DNA of 64,000 nt, taken from positions 1 through 64,000 of the IMG/VR virus record IMGVR_UViG_3300029258_003221; one strand, given 5' to 3'. Positions 44,904 to 55,282 of the stretch are shown here, piece after piece (the stretch's first letter is position 1; the number at the start of each line of letters is the position of its first letter). The position numbers and the translations under genes are program-made. The notes below the pieces were generated by a model. It saw nothing but the letters and a program-made list of their open reading frames with translations. It searched no databases and was not told the origin of the DNA.

Positions 44904-45628
44904 GGCAATTCTGGTATCATTGACGATACAAATTCCTCATAGTCATCTGGGGTGTCAACGCCTTTTGTTGCATTTTTGGTTTCAACCATTGTGATTTGAA
45001 ATCCCTGATCCAAAAATTGGAGTTGTTCGAGATCTTCACTTTTCATAGGAGAATTCCATTCTTGATCTCTCATTTGAAGATAGAATCGAATCATAGTCAG
45101 ACTTAGGCTGTACACGCCAATGTGATATAACAATTCTTCTGAGTTGTGAGGAATTGGTTGGCGGCTAAAGTAAAGAGCATGCCCAAGACTATTCACGACA
45201 ACTTTAACGAGGCTTTCATTTGATTTTTCTGCTGAACCTCGATAATAGAGAGATGCCATTAAAGGTTCATCGGGCATGAATGATGCAGTGTTGATGATGT
45301 TATGGATATCAACTGGGTTTACGCAGGGCCATTCTCCTTGAACATTTGTAACAGTGTCACAATCATCCAGTTTGGATGCCGCTAAGACAACACGGTCAGT
45401 GCCGGATTTGGTAGGCCGTTCATCATAATCTACCTTTGCCCCAAAGTTTTCGCAGGCTTCTTTAATTTTTTTATTATTGGTAGCGATGATAATTTCTTCG
45501 ACGTGTGGAATCTTTTTGCAATTTTCCCACGTGTGTTGAATCAATGGTTTCCCGGTTTCATCCAAAAGCAGTTTACCCGGAAGTCGAGTGCTTTCCATAA
45601 TAGCTGGAATCACAACGTAATTAGCCAT
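44897..45628 (-). CDS. kdsB: CMP-Kdo synthetase (3-deoxy-manno-octulosonate cytidylyltransferase)
   Basis: IPAIMESTRLPGKLL, SGTDRV, NVQGEWP, ALYFSRQPIP, HIGVY, EDLEQLQFL, GVDTPDD. Confidence 0.9.
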   Translation of the reverse strand: MANYVVIPAIMESTRLPGKLLLDETGKPLIQHTWENCKKIPHVEEIIIATNNKKIKEACENFGAKVDYDERPTKSGTDRVVLAASKLDDCDTVTNVQGEWPCVNPVDIHNIINTASFMPDEPLMASLYYRGSAEKSNESLVKVVVNSLGHALYFSRQPIPHNSEELLYHIGVYSLSLTMIRFYLQMRDQEWNSPMKSEDLEQLQFLDQGFQITMVETKNATKGVDTPDDYEEFVSSMIPELPC

Positions 45629-45629
45629 T

Positions 45630-45890
45630 TCAATCTCTTTCAGCTAAGCGATTTATTTTGAGGTCATGATATAAATCAGTTCCTCCAGACACAACACTTT
45701 TTACTTGAAGAGCTTCTTTTTGTCCACCCAAACCTAATTCTTCTAAGATAGCTGCAATGTCTCTGGCTTTCATTTGAGCAAGAGTTTCATTATCCAGACC
45801 TTTCCCATAATTCAAATGGTTAAGGATTCTTCTTAGTTCATCAAATTCACGCTGTCTATTTTCGCAGTATTCCTGAAAAGATTGCATCAT
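45630..45890 (-). CDS. Small protein with a capsid-targeting-like N-terminus
   Basis: MMQSFQEYCENR. Confidence 0.6.
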   Translation of the reverse strand: MMQSFQEYCENRQREFDELRRILNHLNYGKGLDNETLAQMKARDIAAILEELGLGGQKEALQVKSVVSGGTDLYHDLKINRLAERD

Positions 45891-46750
45891 ATCTCCGTCT
45901 TTGAGAAAATCTCGTCAAGCTTATTTAGAAGTGCTTTGTAATCTTCACAATCAAAAACTTCAGTCGCACAATTTCCTATACCATCTTCCGTGTAAAGTTG
46001 AGTGCATCCAACCTTAGTTGCTTTGGAGATTACCTTTTGTTCGTCTTCCTTTTTGCACTTCCATTTTTTGACAACAGATGCATTCGGGCAAATACATCTA
46101 TGTTGCTTCATTCTGTTTTCTACATTTCTTGCGAACCCTAACTTAACACGATTTTTATTGAATTCAGGAATTGGATGTACCATGTAGAAAAATCCATCAG
46201 ACTGTTCACACATAAGATATTTCTTTAATTTCTTGGCATCTTTTATAACCAACGCCTTTTTGTTTCGTCCACCAACCTCTGATCTTGTTTCTACAAATTC
46301 ACATTTGTTTCTTTTGGCCCATCGTTTAACCAAATTCCAGTTGGTATTGTATTGATCGATTATCTCGGTTACAGGGACGCAATTCTTTTGCAACAAACTA
46401 TCGCTGAATTTTTTAGCATCTTTGATAGACATTGCTTGGGTAGGTGGGTGTTTAGAGTTACGAATTGTTTTTGTTTTTATGTCGTTTTTATCAATCCATA
46501 ATCTAACAGTTTTTCTGTCTACATTATTTGTTTTAGCTATGTCTGGAACAGTTACCATATTTTTTGGTAAAGATGTCACATCTTTCCAATGATACTCAAA
46601 TTTGCAGGATTCATCAATAGACATAGCTTGCACTAATTTTCCATTGCCTGCTTTAACTTTTTGAGTTTGGATTTTGTGTTTTTTAACCCATCTTCTTACA
46701 GTTAATGGATCGCAGTTGCATTTTCTTGCTAAGTCGAGTATTGTTATCAT
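45887..46750 (-). CDS. HTH-repeat protein with a C-terminal GIY-YIG-like (T5orf172/MUG113) domain
   Basis: Three (L/I)A...VRxW repeats; GFFYMV...VKLGFARNVENRMKQH...EVF. Confidence 0.8.
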   Translation of the reverse strand: MITILDLARKCNCDPLTVRRWVKKHKIQTQKVKAGNGKLVQAMSIDESCKFEYHWKDVTSLPKNMVTVPDIAKTNNVDRKTVRLWIDKNDIKTKTIRNSKHPPTQAMSIKDAKKFSDSLLQKNCVPVTEIIDQYNTNWNLVKRWAKRNKCEFVETRSEVGGRNKKALVIKDAKKLKKYLMCEQSDGFFYMVHPIPEFNKNRVKLGFARNVENRMKQHRCICPNASVVKKWKCKKEDEQKVISKATKVGCTQLYTEDGIGNCATEVFDCEDYKALLNKLDEIFSKTEI

Positions 46751-46803
46751 AGGTTCTCCTTAACTTATGATAGCGTGCTGTGTATATTTTTTCCTACTCG
46801 TCT

Positions 46804-49329
46804 TTACATTTCTGAAAAATCTATCTCTTCTTCATCCTGCTCTTTAGCGTAATCCTTGATATCCAGATTGTATTTCTGAATATCTTCTTCTGTTGGATCA
46901 GGTAAAGGCGTGGCTCCTGTTGGTCCTTCCATTCCGCCTGATGGGCCTTGATCATCTCCTGTTGGAGCAGGTGCTCCACCCATTCCCATATCATCTTCAC
47001 CGCCTTCTTCACCTTCTGGCGGTTGATCTCCCAACATAGGACTTGGTCCACCAGCTTCTCCACCAATTTCGGTTTCGTCTGGTCCGGGAAGTCCAACGCC
47101 CAAAAGCATTGGGTTTTGAGCAATGATTTGGAGTTTGAGTTCTTCCATCTTTTGGATTTTAAGACGAGCAAGCATCTTCAGAGCTTCTTCTTCATCGTAT
47201 TTCATCCACTTGGTAAGAATATCAAAGTCCGACATGAGTTGTGCTCCTTTCAAAGCACCGGCGTTTTGAATTCTACCAGCTACAACTTCTGATCTTGTTA
47301 GCTCACGCCAATCAGAAGGTGGAGTTAACTTAATTTCCAAATCCTCATAGGCTTCTTTTGGGAAACCAAGCAGCGTTAAGTGACGGTTGCAAATTTCCCA
47401 AAAAGCGTTCTGAATGTGAGATTGAAGTCGTTCGATCATGCGAGCGAACTTCACATCCTGTGCAGACAGGGTGATTCTTGTACTTTGAACATCTTCGTTA
47501 TTGAAATAGTTCTTAGGGAAATTCAGAGCTGTAAACAGTTTATTTCTGAAGTAGACTGTATCATCGATTTCACCAAGATTCTGAGCACCCGGTAAAGTTT
47601 CAACTCTTGTGTTGGAGTTGGGCCTAACAGGAATCCAGTAATCTTCATCGGCTGCTGGTGCGTGCCAACGTTCTTCAACACTGGAGGCACCCGGCAATCC
47701 AGATTTTCCGGTAGCAACCTTTTTCTTTTTGAACTGATCTTTCATTCGTTCAACAAAGGCTTCCGCCCTGTAAGGCGGAAGCTGGAACGTGTCAATATAG
47801 AACACTCTACGTTCTGGTGCTCTTGTCAATCGATAAACCACCATGGCATCTTCCATCAATCTCAATTGATGAGCAGGTCCACGTGCTGCTTCAATAAGAC
47901 TTACACCATATGGATAGAATGTTTGTCTATCATCCCCGACACGAATATGCACAACCTGATCTGCTGCGAATCTAATAGCTGTAGCTTGTTGTAAATCTGC
48001 TTCTGTTGCCTGTGTGACTTCCACACGGGAAAGGCTTTGGTAGTCAGGCCCTTCTTTAGACTGTTGGAATTCAACCAATTTTCCTTTGGTTGTTTCAATT
48101 CGATACATGCTGTCAGGAGGCAATGGAACAAGACCTACGATACCATGTTTAGGGTTTTCCAAATCAATAATGACTTCATAAAAGAAGTCGCCCATGATGA
48201 ATAATCTTTTGGCCATGTCCCAACATGTATTTTGGTCCATATTAAGCATGTCACGATGAAACAATAGATATTCACATTCTTCTTTGACTGATTCATTGCC
48301 GCAAACAACCTGCATTACTCTGCCATCTTCATTTTTCTGGCAATTGTGAACAACTCCCCAGTTTGTACAGAAGTTATGATGTTTCTCAACAGTTAGGTCA
48401 TAGACATCAATCTCTTCCCAAGGTTGTATTCCGACAACTCTTCTTCGATCTTCTTTGCGACCGAGCCATTTCATCTCTTTGTTTGAGAATCCAGCTTTTT
48501 CGATTCGGCTTTTAATTGTCTTGAAGTCATGACCTGTCATGTCAACAATCTGCTGAGTCGTCAATCCTTCAGAGATGTATCGACAAAGTTTGTTAACGCT
48601 TTCAAGTTCAGGATTGTCTTTGCCCGTAGCCCATTCGTCGGCAAACTGTCGTTCGTGAATCCAGCCTTTGCGATGAGTATAAATTCTAGGGAACTGATTG
48701 ACTTTGATTTCGGTAATATCCGGGTTTGGCGAAATGCGATAGAAAGGCATGAGTTCATCACCGGAATTTAGTTCACCTGCTTCTCTCCATGTACCTTTTC
48801 TGGTCATAATTCGGTGATCAGGTGTGCAGATCACATAATTGCCATCATCAAAAATGATTTTGATTGTTTTGGCTTTTTTGGTTTTACGTGCATCAAATGC
48901 CCAGCCAAGCGTATAATCGCCTTTATCCTGATCATAGCAATAGACTAAGAATCGCTCGTTTTCATTGACGAGATCTTCGATCTTTTTATATCCATGTGGT
49001 GTGGCGATAAGAGTATCGCCAGCCAAACAGGTCTCATCTGCGAAAACGGTCATTGCCATTTCGATTTCCGGCATATTTCGCAGTCGTTCGTATTCTTTGT
49101 AGCGATGAACTCTATTAGTGACGGTACTTAAATCTACGAAATCATTAGTGTCTCGAAGGCGAATGGCCCCTCGTCCACCACCTGTAGTTCCGTCATTGCC
49201 ACCCCTGATGTCAGGAATAGCTCCATCAACTGGATATCCCGCTCCACTGGCATCTCGGTCTCTGCGTCTTGCGAGTGGATCATCAGTGAAAGCGTAAGTG
49301 AAAGTTTTGAAATAATCCCACCAAGCCAT
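46804..49329 (-). CDS. gp20: Portal protein, T4 gp20-like, with an intein
   Basis: RLMEDAMVVYRLTRAPERRVFYID, EDYWIP, VETLPGAQNLGEIDD, FARMIERLQ. Confidence 0.96.
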   Translation of the reverse strand: MAWWDYFKTFTYAFTDDPLARRRDRDASGAGYPVDGAIPDIRGGNDGTTGGGRGAIRLRDTNDFVDLSTVTNRVHRYKEYERLRNMPEIEMAMTVFADETCLAGDTLIATPHGYKKIEDLVNENERFLVYCYDQDKGDYTLGWAFDARKTKKAKTIKIIFDDGNYVICTPDHRIMTRKGTWREAGELNSGDELMPFYRISPNPDITEIKVNQFPRIYTHRKGWIHERQFADEWATGKDNPELESVNKLCRYISEGLTTQQIVDMTGHDFKTIKSRIEKAGFSNKEMKWLGRKEDRRRVVGIQPWEEIDVYDLTVEKHHNFCTNWGVVHNCQKNEDGRVMQVVCGNESVKEECEYLLFHRDMLNMDQNTCWDMAKRLFIMGDFFYEVIIDLENPKHGIVGLVPLPPDSMYRIETTKGKLVEFQQSKEGPDYQSLSRVEVTQATEADLQQATAIRFAADQVVHIRVGDDRQTFYPYGVSLIEAARGPAHQLRLMEDAMVVYRLTRAPERRVFYIDTFQLPPYRAEAFVERMKDQFKKKKVATGKSGLPGASSVEERWHAPAADEDYWIPVRPNSNTRVETLPGAQNLGEIDDTVYFRNKLFTALNFPKNYFNNEDVQSTRITLSAQDVKFARMIERLQSHIQNAFWEICNRHLTLLGFPKEAYEDLEIKLTPPSDWRELTRSEVVAGRIQNAGALKGAQLMSDFDILTKWMKYDEEEALKMLARLKIQKMEELKLQIIAQNPMLLGVGLPGPDETEIGGEAGGPSPMLGDQPPEGEEGGEDDMGMGGAPAPTGDDQGPSGGMEGPTGATPLPDPTEEDIQKYNLDIKDYAKEQDEEEIDFSEM
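48343..49029 (-). mobile_element. Intein (229 aa) in the portal
   Basis: N-terminal CLAGDTLIAT, block B CTPDHRIMT, C-terminal VYDLTVEKHHNF...VVHN followed by +1 Cys. Confidence 0.95.
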
Positions 49330-49386
49330 AAATTGTACCTCGTTTTCCTGTTACCTATTCATTAGTTAGTAGAGGATTTAGTAATT

Positions 49387-50184
49387 TTGAAAGTTTTGAC
49401 GTGTTCAGATAACGCTCTTGGAAATGCAATTTCTGATTTGTTGCCTTTGCTTTCGATCTGGAAAAGGCGTAATGCGACAATTCATGGCATTTTGAGAAAC
49501 AAACATGCTTATCGTCTATTCAGAGAAACTCCTTATTTTGATAGAATTTTACCACTCTATGACAAAGATGATTTGTGGCATGATTTAATCAAAGATGTAC
49601 CTCAATGGTTTGAAGATTACGATAAGGTCTATGTTGTCAATAACAGGCAAATGCCGGGGGTGGAAAAAAGCGAAAAGGTACCTGTTGATTACCGTCCAGC
49701 AATGAGGGTGGCAGAATATGGAGAGCTTTTTTCGCCAGAAGATATATTGCTGGATATCAATTGGTATCAAAAGTACTACAAAGACTTCAAATGTCACAGC
49801 AAAACAGTGTTATTGAACACCCAATCAACCAGTTTTCATCGATGTTATACGAGGCCATTAAAGGAAGAATTGGCTAAATTAGGATTTGATGTTCGTGAAT
49901 TTAATTACAGAAGAGATATTCGAGAGAATTTACATTTAGTTCATCAGGCAGCTCATATTTTAACTGTTGACACATCAACCATGTGGTTGGCTAGAACATT
50001 AGGGAAGGTTCCTTATGTTTTTATGGCACGTGAATCAGGGACTCTTCCTGCTTTTGGCCCAAACACAGAAAAGAGGCATGGGCTTAAAAACTTGATACCA
50101 TGGAAGGAAAATCTAAACGATACAGCTCCTGACTTTATTGCCAGTCAATTTTCAGGAGCTATTCAAACCATTCCGGTTATTTGA
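49387..50184 (+). CDS. GT9 (heptosyltransferase-like) glycosyltransferase
   Basis: N-terminal ALGNAISDLLPLL; C-terminal LTVDTSTMWLARTLGKVPYVF. Confidence 0.65.
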   Translation: MKVLTCSDNALGNAISDLLPLLSIWKRRNATIHGILRNKHAYRLFRETPYFDRILPLYDKDDLWHDLIKDVPQWFEDYDKVYVVNNRQMPGVEKSEKVPVDYRPAMRVAEYGELFSPEDILLDINWYQKYYKDFKCHSKTVLLNTQSTSFHRCYTRPLKEELAKLGFDVREFNYRRDIRENLHLVHQAAHILTVDTSTMWLARTLGKVPYVFMARESGTLPAFGPNTEKRHGLKNLIPWKENLNDTAPDFIASQFSGAIQTIPVI

Positions 50185-50702
50185 TGGAAGTCTTTGCTGT
50201 GTCTTTTTCCATTTCTGGAAGAGAACACGTAGCTATTAGCCGTAAAACTTCTTCCAACAAACTCTTTATCGCCTTTGAGCCCCCATGCTTTATCTTTTTT
50301 GACATAAGCGATGGTTACATGTGGGACATAGCTTTCGTAGCGATTGGAATAGACAACATTTGATTTCAACTTTTCATTAAGTGCACAAATTTGTTGACTG
50401 TGCACTTTAACGAATACGACATCGAACAGATTTGATCTTGTAAAAAGGTCAATTTCACCAAGTTGTATATCAACACTGGATTCGTTTCTGAATGTCTCGA
50501 ATGTCCTACGAGGTTTATCTGAATGGATTCCATAGAGAATCGTGACATGCATTTCATTTTCACGTCCGAAAAAGGGGTCTTTCGGGTCTCGAAAAAGAAT
50601 ATGATCAGGGATACTCTCATTACCCCATTGCATAATCTCTTCTGCTAAATAATGGGGCACATCGACGTGGACAGACGAGAAATCATAACGAATATTCTGC
50701 AT
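50163..50702 (-). CDS. 2H phosphoesterase, paralogue of 23220..23768
   Basis: GRENEMHVTILYG and YVPHVTIAYVKK. Confidence 0.8.
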   Translation of the reverse strand: MQNIRYDFSSVHVDVPHYLAEEIMQWGNESIPDHILFRDPKDPFFGRENEMHVTILYGIHSDKPRRTFETFRNESSVDIQLGEIDLFTRSNLFDVVFVKVHSQQICALNEKLKSNVVYSNRYESYVPHVTIAYVKKDKAWGLKGDKEFVGRSFTANSYVFSSRNGKRHSKDFHQITGMV

Positions 50703-50737
50703 GTCGCTATTTATTGCTAAGCTTTAATATTCTGAGA

Positions 50738-51448
50738 TTATTGTGGCGACATTGCAGCTTGTTGCACCGGTGCATTACCTTGGTTAATCTCCGGGTGTCT
50801 TCTACGAATAGCTTGCTGACGCTGTCTTTGCAGCCCTTCACGACCTTTTTGGAATTGAGCGTCATCTCGTTTGCCGAATTTAGCCTTCATGGCAAAATTA
50901 TCAATCATAGGCTGAGACGCTTTCATAAGACGATCATAGAATGCTTTAGCAATTTTCCATCCAATGTAATCGTTTTCCTGTGTAGCGTTACTTTGCATCG
51001 CACTCAGGAAATCACGCATTTGTTTAATGAATTCGTTTTTGACATTCTGCACACTTTGATCAATTGTCTGTTGATATTGCTTGAGTTTGGCCTGACGACG
51101 CATTTCTCTTTCTTCGTCGCTATTTTGCATGCTTTGCGTATTTTGCATGTTTTGATTTACACGAACTCTTTGATTGTATTTATCTGTTTGAGGATCTCCA
51201 CCACCAAGATTTCTGATAGCTGATCCCCAGTTAGATGGATTCATCATTGATCCACCCAAATTGAATTCACTCAGGAGGTCTTTTTCATTTTCAAATCCGC
51301 AATTAAGAAGAACGGGAAGTGCATGATTTTCCCAATATTTTTCAAAAGAGATATCTGACAGAACAATATTTGCACACAGTTCATCGAACTGTTCCTGAAA
51401 TTCACGATCTTGACGCTCTTCAGAATACAGATTGAAAGTCTTATACAT
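50738..51448 (-). CDS. Gln-rich hypothetical protein with a capsid-targeting-like N-terminus
   Basis: MYKTFNLYSEER; TCTAAATA upstream. Confidence 0.65.
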   Translation of the reverse strand: MYKTFNLYSEERQDREFQEQFDELCANIVLSDISFEKYWENHALPVLLNCGFENEKDLLSEFNLGGSMMNPSNWGSAIRNLGGGDPQTDKYNQRVRVNQNMQNTQSMQNSDEEREMRRQAKLKQYQQTIDQSVQNVKNEFIKQMRDFLSAMQSNATQENDYIGWKIAKAFYDRLMKASQPMIDNFAMKAKFGKRDDAQFQKGREGLQRQRQQAIRRRHPEINQGNAPVQQAAMSPQ

Positions 51449-51498
51449 TGGTGGTCTCCATAAGCTGTTTGAGTTATTTAGAGACCTAGATTAGATTT

Positions 51499-51915
51499 TT
51501 AATCCATAAACAATTTGCTATCATCTTCATCGTCTTTAGTGGTTCCGCTGGCTTTCTCCAGATCATCCAATTTTTGTTTCTCTTCATCGATCATAGAATT
51601 AAGTTGATCTAAAGACACGTTATTACTGACAGCAGAAGCGGTTGTGGGGCTTGAAGAAACTCCTGCCAGAACATTTTGCCATTGTTCAAACGCTGTTTGG
51701 TTGTTCTTTTTGCGTTTTATTTGTGTTTTTTGAACCGATTCCAGTTTATTGATGGCTTGTTTAATGTGGCCTCTGGCTTCTGAAACATTTCGATTATCGC
51801 TCATGGAATTGAGAGCAGTTCCAAGAACTGAGGAAAGTATACTTTTAGCTCTGGCAAGTTCGTTGATTTGTTCTTTCAAGGTTTTTCTCCCATTTTTCAA
51901 ATTCAGTGTGTGCAT
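51499..51915 (-). CDS. Coiled-coil hypothetical protein
   Basis: ORF track. Confidence 0.6.
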   Translation of the reverse strand: MHTLNLKNGRKTLKEQINELARAKSILSSVLGTALNSMSDNRNVSEARGHIKQAINKLESVQKTQIKRKKNNQTAFEQWQNVLAGVSSSPTTASAVSNNVSLDQLNSMIDEEKQKLDDLEKASGTTKDDEDDSKLFMD

Positions 51916-52177
51916 CTAATATTTCCCCTACATCATCATTTGTTGGAAAAGGGTATAGTTTTTTAAGATGCAGCATTTGACAGAATAATAGAGTGCCTTT
52001 TTTCCACTCTGCGATATTGAATTTATCACAACTGTCTTTGACTCTCTTACGAATGTAAGAAGCAGCAAATTCAATTTGTTCATTATCCAGTGGTGTTTCA
52101 CCAACTGGTGTTTTCAGCATGAGCTTGACATAATCACAAATGCCGCTTTGGCATCGATCTAACCAAAAGTTTCTCAT
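51845..52177 (-). CDS. Hypothetical protein
   Basis: ORF track; ACTATATA upstream. Confidence 0.55.
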   Translation of the reverse strand: MRNFWLDRCQSGICDYVKLMLKTPVGETPLDNEQIEFAASYIRKRVKDSCDKFNIAEWKKGTLLFCQMLHLKKLYPFPTNDDVGEILDAHTEFEKWEKNLERTNQRTCQS

Positions 52178-52217
52178 ATCGCTTTTATATAGTGACGTAA
52201 ATGAGGACTCTGATTTT

Positions 52218-54020
52218 TTACCAGCCGAATTCTTTTAACAATTTGTTGTGTTTTCTTTTGAAATGACTAGGCACAGCAAACTCATCTTTATCAATCGCAT
52301 TCATATTTAAATCTTCTTCTTCAAACCAATTGTCTGGAGCATCTTTAGTCAATTCAGCTTTGATATCTTCATAGATTTTGATTTTGAATGCTTCTTTTTC
52401 TTCTTCAGGAACATCATAACCAACAGGTACAAATCGGGCACGAGCATCACGTGCGTGCAAAGCCAGACACATTGCCATAATAGCATCATCATGGTGACCT
52501 TTTTCAGCTTCAGCTCGTTTGGTTTGTTTGTTGTAAACGAATGTTCCCAGTTCTTTAACGAATCTTCGACTACGAATTGCCATGCTTTTGTTGATCAAAC
52601 GTGTGTGTAGTGTTTCAAGATACAATGGTCTGTTGCTTCTTGTTGTTTTAACGCCTGCTTGTTCTTTTTTACCCTGCACAGTGTGAAAAATGTTTCCGTA
52701 ATGAAAATCGTGCTGTAGTTTATTGAGAACCGTTAATCCGCAACTTTGACTTTCAACAACAATGCATGCATCATTGTAGGTATGTCCAACCATGGCGAGG
52801 ATTTGAGCAAATGAATGCGGAGGGCAAGTATTACTGTAAAACTCTGCAACTTGTTCACATGTGCTTTGGTCTATGACTTGAAAACAAGTATTGTCTGCCT
52901 CTTCGCCTTGTCCTTCGGCAGGGTCTACACCGATGATATACTCTCTGCCATCAACAGGTTCTTTCCACACATGAAGAGCACCACGTTCCCACAAATCTTC
53001 GTCTTCAACTTTAAGTTCACGAGCTTCTGCACTATTGTTCCATTCCGGGAATAACATTCTCAAAGGTTCGATGTCTTTAATTTTTGCACGAAGTTCTTCA
53101 ATGATGTGTGGCGGAATGTAAGAATCACCAGCACCAAGAAAGTCACGAAGCACTTCCTGTTTCCAGCCTTTTTCACCAAGCTGAGCTTTTGTTTGTTTAA
53201 CCCATTTTTCATCGTGGTAATCGGGGTGTTCCCAATAGTCCAAGTCGATGATGTGAAAAAAGTTATCACCTTTTTCTGCATTGTGATATGTTTCTTCATA
53301 CCAGTTGCCTACACCGTTAACCGTAGAAATTGCGATACATCGACCACCAGTTGAAATAGTCGGATACATAGCTTTCCAAAACTTTTCCATGTTTGGAATA
53401 AACGCTGCTTCGTCAAGAATCAAATATGTAATAGCACGACCACGGGCAGCTTCTGGTGTATAGAAGAACAGTTTGCAGCCTGTATCGGAGAAAATCTTTT
53501 GGTGGTCGTTATTTTTGTCCATTTGAGGAGTCATCCAAGATGGAAGTTCCTCTAAGGCTCTTTTAGCGACTTCACCAGCAGCAATAGCTTCACGGTCAGA
53601 TTTAGATAAGACCATCATAGTCTCATCGAGCTTGAATAAACTTCTCCATAAACACCAGTTTACGGTCACGGTTGTCAATCCACCTTGCCTAAACTTAGAA
53701 ATTATGTTAAATCTGTAATCAGCGTATTCTTCAATTACCCTTCTTTGGTAATTGTACAGTACAAATGGAAGTAAACCGTGAATAGGATGAGTAATCTTAA
53801 CGTACTTGTGAGAAAAGTATGGAAATGACAAAGCACATTTGTACATCTCCAATTCTTGCTTCTCTACGCTGTAATTCTCAATATCTTCGATGGTTTCCAT
53901 TGGATCAATTTCCAATTCAAACTTATCGAATTTGTAATATTCACTGTCATATGTGGCATCATAGTACTCTTTCAATGAAGCGTATTTGCCACGCCAATTT
54001 GTATCAACAATGTAAGACAT
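52218..54020 (-). CDS. gp17: Terminase large subunit, T4 gp17-like
   Basis: SKFRQGGLTT (adenine/Walker A region), LILDEAAF (Walker B), ISTVNG, IGVDPAEG, HDDAIMA; start refined. Confidence 0.96.
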   Translation of the reverse strand: MSYIVDTNWRGKYASLKEYYDATYDSEYYKFDKFELEIDPMETIEDIENYSVEKQELEMYKCALSFPYFSHKYVKITHPIHGLLPFVLYNYQRRVIEEYADYRFNIISKFRQGGLTTVTVNWCLWRSLFKLDETMMVLSKSDREAIAAGEVAKRALEELPSWMTPQMDKNNDHQKIFSDTGCKLFFYTPEAARGRAITYLILDEAAFIPNMEKFWKAMYPTISTGGRCIAISTVNGVGNWYEETYHNAEKGDNFFHIIDLDYWEHPDYHDEKWVKQTKAQLGEKGWKQEVLRDFLGAGDSYIPPHIIEELRAKIKDIEPLRMLFPEWNNSAEARELKVEDEDLWERGALHVWKEPVDGREYIIGVDPAEGQGEEADNTCFQVIDQSTCEQVAEFYSNTCPPHSFAQILAMVGHTYNDACIVVESQSCGLTVLNKLQHDFHYGNIFHTVQGKKEQAGVKTTRSNRPLYLETLHTRLINKSMAIRSRRFVKELGTFVYNKQTKRAEAEKGHHDDAIMAMCLALHARDARARFVPVGYDVPEEEKEAFKIKIYEDIKAELTKDAPDNWFEEEDLNMNAIDKDEFAVPSHFKRKHNKLLKEFGW

Positions 54021-54109
54021 AAAATCCCCCAACTCTCTGTTACCTAGAAAGTAGTTATTAACTAAAAGGCGATTTTTGTTGCACATTCCAGAAAAAAATG
54101 AGGTAACAA

Positions 54110-55282
54110 ATGAAAACTGAATGGAAGTGGATAGCGATACTAGCTTTGATGTTCACTCTAAGCATGAGTGTATTATTGTTGTTTTCCAAGCATAGAAGTG
54201 CTCCCAAGTTTACCCCACCCAGTTACATACAAAGACCACCACAATGGGTAGAGCCGGAGCCTGAACCTGAACCAGAACCTGATCCATATACATTTGAAGA
54301 TGCTGTCACTTCAATTACCGAAGAGTCTCTTAAGAAAGATCTCTATTATCTTGCTTCAGATGAGCTTGAAGGAAGAATGTCAGGGAAAAGAGGAAATGTA
54401 ATTGCTGCAAAATTCATCAAAGACAAATTTGAAAGTTTTGGTCTTAAAACGATGTATCATAGATTCAGAATTCGAAGAATGAATTCAGGGCCTAAGAATG
54501 AACGAGGTGATGATTTTACTCAAAACATTTATGGTTGGATCGAAGGTAATGATCCAGAATTGAAAGATGAAATTGTTGTAATTGGTGCTCATATGGACCA
54601 CATTGGTTACGGTCCTTCAATGTCTCGTTGGGGAGGTGGAAGGATTCATCCGGGTGCGGATGACAATGCTTCAGGGACTGTTGCTCTCTTAGAAATTGCT
54701 GAAGCTTTTTCAATGATGAAAGACCGGATAAAGAGAACAATTGTTTTTCAGGCTTACTCTGCTGAGGAAATGGGGTTGATTGGAAGTCGATATTATTGCA
54801 ATAATCCTGAATTCCCAATTCACAACCCTTCTATGAAAAAGCACGTTTTCATGCTCAACATGGATATGATTGGGCATTTGGGACAAGGCAGGTTTGCTAC
54901 GTCGTTTTTTGATGGAAACAGTTCCATTGACATTGATCGATACATTAGAGAATTGAATGAAAAGTACTCTTTTGCCAGATCAATTACTGGTCGGCGAGGT
55001 GGAGGAAGTGACCATGCCTGTTTTTACAACAAGCGTGTTCCTGTTGCTTTCTTGCACACGGGAGGCCATTCACATTATCACAAGCCAAGTGACACACCGG
55101 ATAGAATCAACTATTCGGGGATGGAGAAAGTTGCACGTTATGGATTTGAGCTGGCTTGGAAGGTTGTTCAATCAGAAGCGAGTCCAACATTTAATCATGG
55201 CGGCTTTAAAGAATTGCCATACATTCATGATCACGGACACGGTGTTCCGTTCATACACAATCACACACACGGAGAGAATTAA
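54110..55282 (+). CDS. Membrane-anchored M28 peptidase
   Basis: N-terminal TM and PEPE linker; IGAHMDH, GADDNASG, YSAEEMG, LNMDMIG, GSDHA, YHKPSD. Confidence 0.92.
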   Translation: MKTEWKWIAILALMFTLSMSVLLLFSKHRSAPKFTPPSYIQRPPQWVEPEPEPEPEPDPYTFEDAVTSITEESLKKDLYYLASDELEGRMSGKRGNVIAAKFIKDKFESFGLKTMYHRFRIRRMNSGPKNERGDDFTQNIYGWIEGNDPELKDEIVVIGAHMDHIGYGPSMSRWGGGRIHPGADDNASGTVALLEIAEAFSMMKDRIKRTIVFQAYSAEEMGLIGSRYYCNNPEFPIHNPSMKKHVFMLNMDMIGHLGQGRFATSFFDGNSSIDIDRYIRELNEKYSFARSITGRRGGGSDHACFYNKRVPVAFLHTGGHSHYHKPSDTPDRINYSGMEKVARYGFELAWKVVQSEASPTFNHGGFKELPYIHDHGHGVPFIHNHTHGEN

